A DNA stretch of 64,000 nucleotides from assembly GCA_032718475.1 (NCBI GenBank), contig JAUCBJ010004839.1, positions 1 to 64,000 of the forward strand. The letters run 5' to 3'. Below, piece by piece: positions 62,031-64,000 of this stretch (its first letter is position 1; every line of letters begins with the position of its first letter). The position numbers and the translations under genes are program-made. The notes below the pieces were generated by a model that searched no databases, was not told the origin of the DNA, and saw only the letters and a list, made by a program, of their open reading frames with translations. This stretch comes from Nemertoderma westbladi. Lineage: Eukaryota; Animalia; Xenacoelomorpha.

Positions 62031-62082
62031 TCCAAACCACGTACGCGTTTCGACCTTACTGGGTCTCTTCAGCGTGATTGGA
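62031..62082 (-). ncRNA. Minimal type I hammerhead ribozyme
   Basis: Minus strand uccaaucacg CUGAAGA gacc-caguaa-gguc GAAA cgcg UA cgugguuugga: complete core, stem I, stem II and palindromic minimal stem III. Confidence 0.8.
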
Positions 62083-62149
62083 TTAGATAATGGGATTAGA
62101 CTGGGGTCGATAAATTATGGACCAGTTAAATAACTGGGAGCAAATTTTT

Positions 62150-64000
62150 GGATAGGAATAGATAGGAGTAGCGCCCTCCCCTACCTTCGGGTAGCAGATA
62201 GGAGTAGCGTCTACCCCTACCCTCGGGTAGCACGTAGGAGTAGCGCCCACCCCTACCCTCGGGTAGCAGATATGAGTAGCGCCCACCCCTGCCTTCGGGT
62301 AGCAGATAGGAGTAGCGCCCACCCCTACCTTCAGGAAGCAGATAGGAGTAGCGCCCACCCCTACCCTCTGGTAGCAGATAGGAGTAGCGTCCACCCCTAC
62401 CTTCGGGAAGCAGATAGGAGTAGCGCCCACCCCTGCCTTCGGGTAGCAGATAGGAGTAGCGCCCACCCCTACCCTCGGGTAGCAGATAGGAGTAGCGCCC
62501 ACCCCTACCTTCGGGAAGCAGATAGGAGTAGCGCCCACCCCTGCCTTCGGGTAGCAGATAGGAGTAGCGCCCACCCCTACCTTCGGGTAGCAGATAGGAG
62601 TAGCGTCCACCCCTACCCTCGGGTAGCAGATAGGAGTAGCGCCCACCCCTGCCTTCGGGTAGCAGATAGGAGTAGCGCCCACCCCTACCTTCGGGTAGCA
62701 GATAGGAGTAGCGCCCACCCATATCTTCGGGAAGCAGATAGGAGTAGCGCCCACCCCTACCCTCGGGTAGCAGATAGGAGTAGCGCCCACCCCGGCCTTC
62801 GGGTAGCAGATAAGAGTAGCGCCCACTCCAACATTGGGGTAGCAGATATGAGTAGCGTACACCCCTACCTTAGGGTAGCAGATAGGAGTAGCTCCCACCC
62901 CTACCTTATGGTAGCAGATAGGAGTAGCGCCCACCCCTACCTTCGGGTAGCAGATAGGAGTTACGCCGACCCCTACCTTCGGGAAGCAGATAGGAGTAGC
63001 GCCCACCCCTGCCTTCGGGTAGCAGATAGGAGTAGCGCCCACTCCTTCCCTCGGGTAGCAGATAGGAGTAGCGCCCACCCCTGCCTTCGGGTAGCAGATA
63101 GGAGTTACGCCGACCCCTACCTTCGGGAAGCAGATGGGAGTAGCGCCCACCCCTGCCTTCGGGTAGCAGATAGGAGTAGCGCCCACCCCTACCTTCGGGT
63201 AGCAGATAGGAGTAGCGCCCACCCCTACCTTCGCTTCGGGTAGCAGCTAGGAGTAGCTCCCACCCCTACCTTCCCTTCGGGTAGCAACTAGGAGTAGCGC
63301 CCACCCCTACCATAGGGTAGCAGATATGAGTAGCGCCTACCCCTACTTTCGGGTAGCAGATAGGAATAGCGCCCACCCCTATCTTATGGTAGCAGATAGG
63401 AGTAGCGTCCACCCCTACCTTAGGGTAGCAGATAGGAGTAGCGCCCACCCCTACCTTATGGTAGCAGATAGGAGTAGCGCCCACCCCTACCTTCGCTTCG
63501 GGTAGCAACTAGGAGTAGCGCCCACCCCTACCATAGGGTAGCAGATATGAGTAGCGCCTACCCCTACTTTCGGGTAGCAGATAGGAATAGCGCCCACCTC
63601 TATCTTATGGTAGCAGATAGGAGTAGCGTCCACCCCTACCTTAGGGTAGCAGATAGGAGTAGCGCCCACCCCTACCTTATGGTAGCAGATAGGAGTAGCG
63701 CCCACCCCTACCTTCGGGTGGCAGATAGGAGTTACGCCGACCCCTACCTTTGGGAAGCAGATAGGATTAGCGCCCACCACCCCTACCTTATGGTAGCAGA
63801 TAGGAGTAGCGCCCACCCCTACCTTCGGGTGGCAGATAGGAGTAGCGCCCACCCCTACCCTCGGGTAGCAGATAGGAGTAGCGTCCACCCCTACCTTCGG
63901 GTAGCAGATAGTTGTAGCGCCCACCCCTATCTTATGGTAGCAGATAGGAGTAGCGTCCACCCCTACCTTAGGGTAGCAGATAGGAGTAGCGCCCACCCCT
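62150..64000. repeat. 36-bp minisatellite running off the window end
   Basis: Unit gtagcagataggagtagcgcccacccctaccttcgg. Confidence 0.95.

Noticed and set aside
62083-63996. Repeat ORFs (VGATPICYPK and others)
   Set aside because: 36-bp unit open in several frames on both strands; no unique coding context visible

Overview
AT-rich invertebrate (metazoan) genomic DNA. 1.2-24.2 kb (+): the last 13 exons of a laminin alpha-chain gene (LG1-LG5; all junctions GT-AG and phase-compatible, 903 aa to the stop at 24235). Its introns hold a decayed APE-RT LINE interrupted by a CACTA/EnSpm-like element, several MITEs and minisatellites. Two kb-scale tandem arrays are amplified copies of the gene's own splice junctions: a 53-bp acceptor unit and a 35-bp donor unit. 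Downstream is a ~16-kb 51-bp satellite split by a young 19.5-kb BEL/Pao LTR retrotransposon (33837-53304, minus strand, 1922-bp LTRs, TAGTG target duplication). That element is the most unusual object here. It has TA...TA termini and no tRNA-type PBS, but an 11-nt PBS-position sequence that is complementary to its own LTR. Each LTR carries a tRNA-like Pol III cassette, and a 17-nt palindromic motif is dispersed 8 times through the interior. Its gag-pol is broken (YVDD missing), while two cargo ORFs are intact, one encoding a WRN/RNase D-like DEDDy exonuclease plus three zinc knuckles. The window ends with a minimal hammerhead ribozyme and a 36-bp minisatellite. All calls are by eye; no database searches were run.
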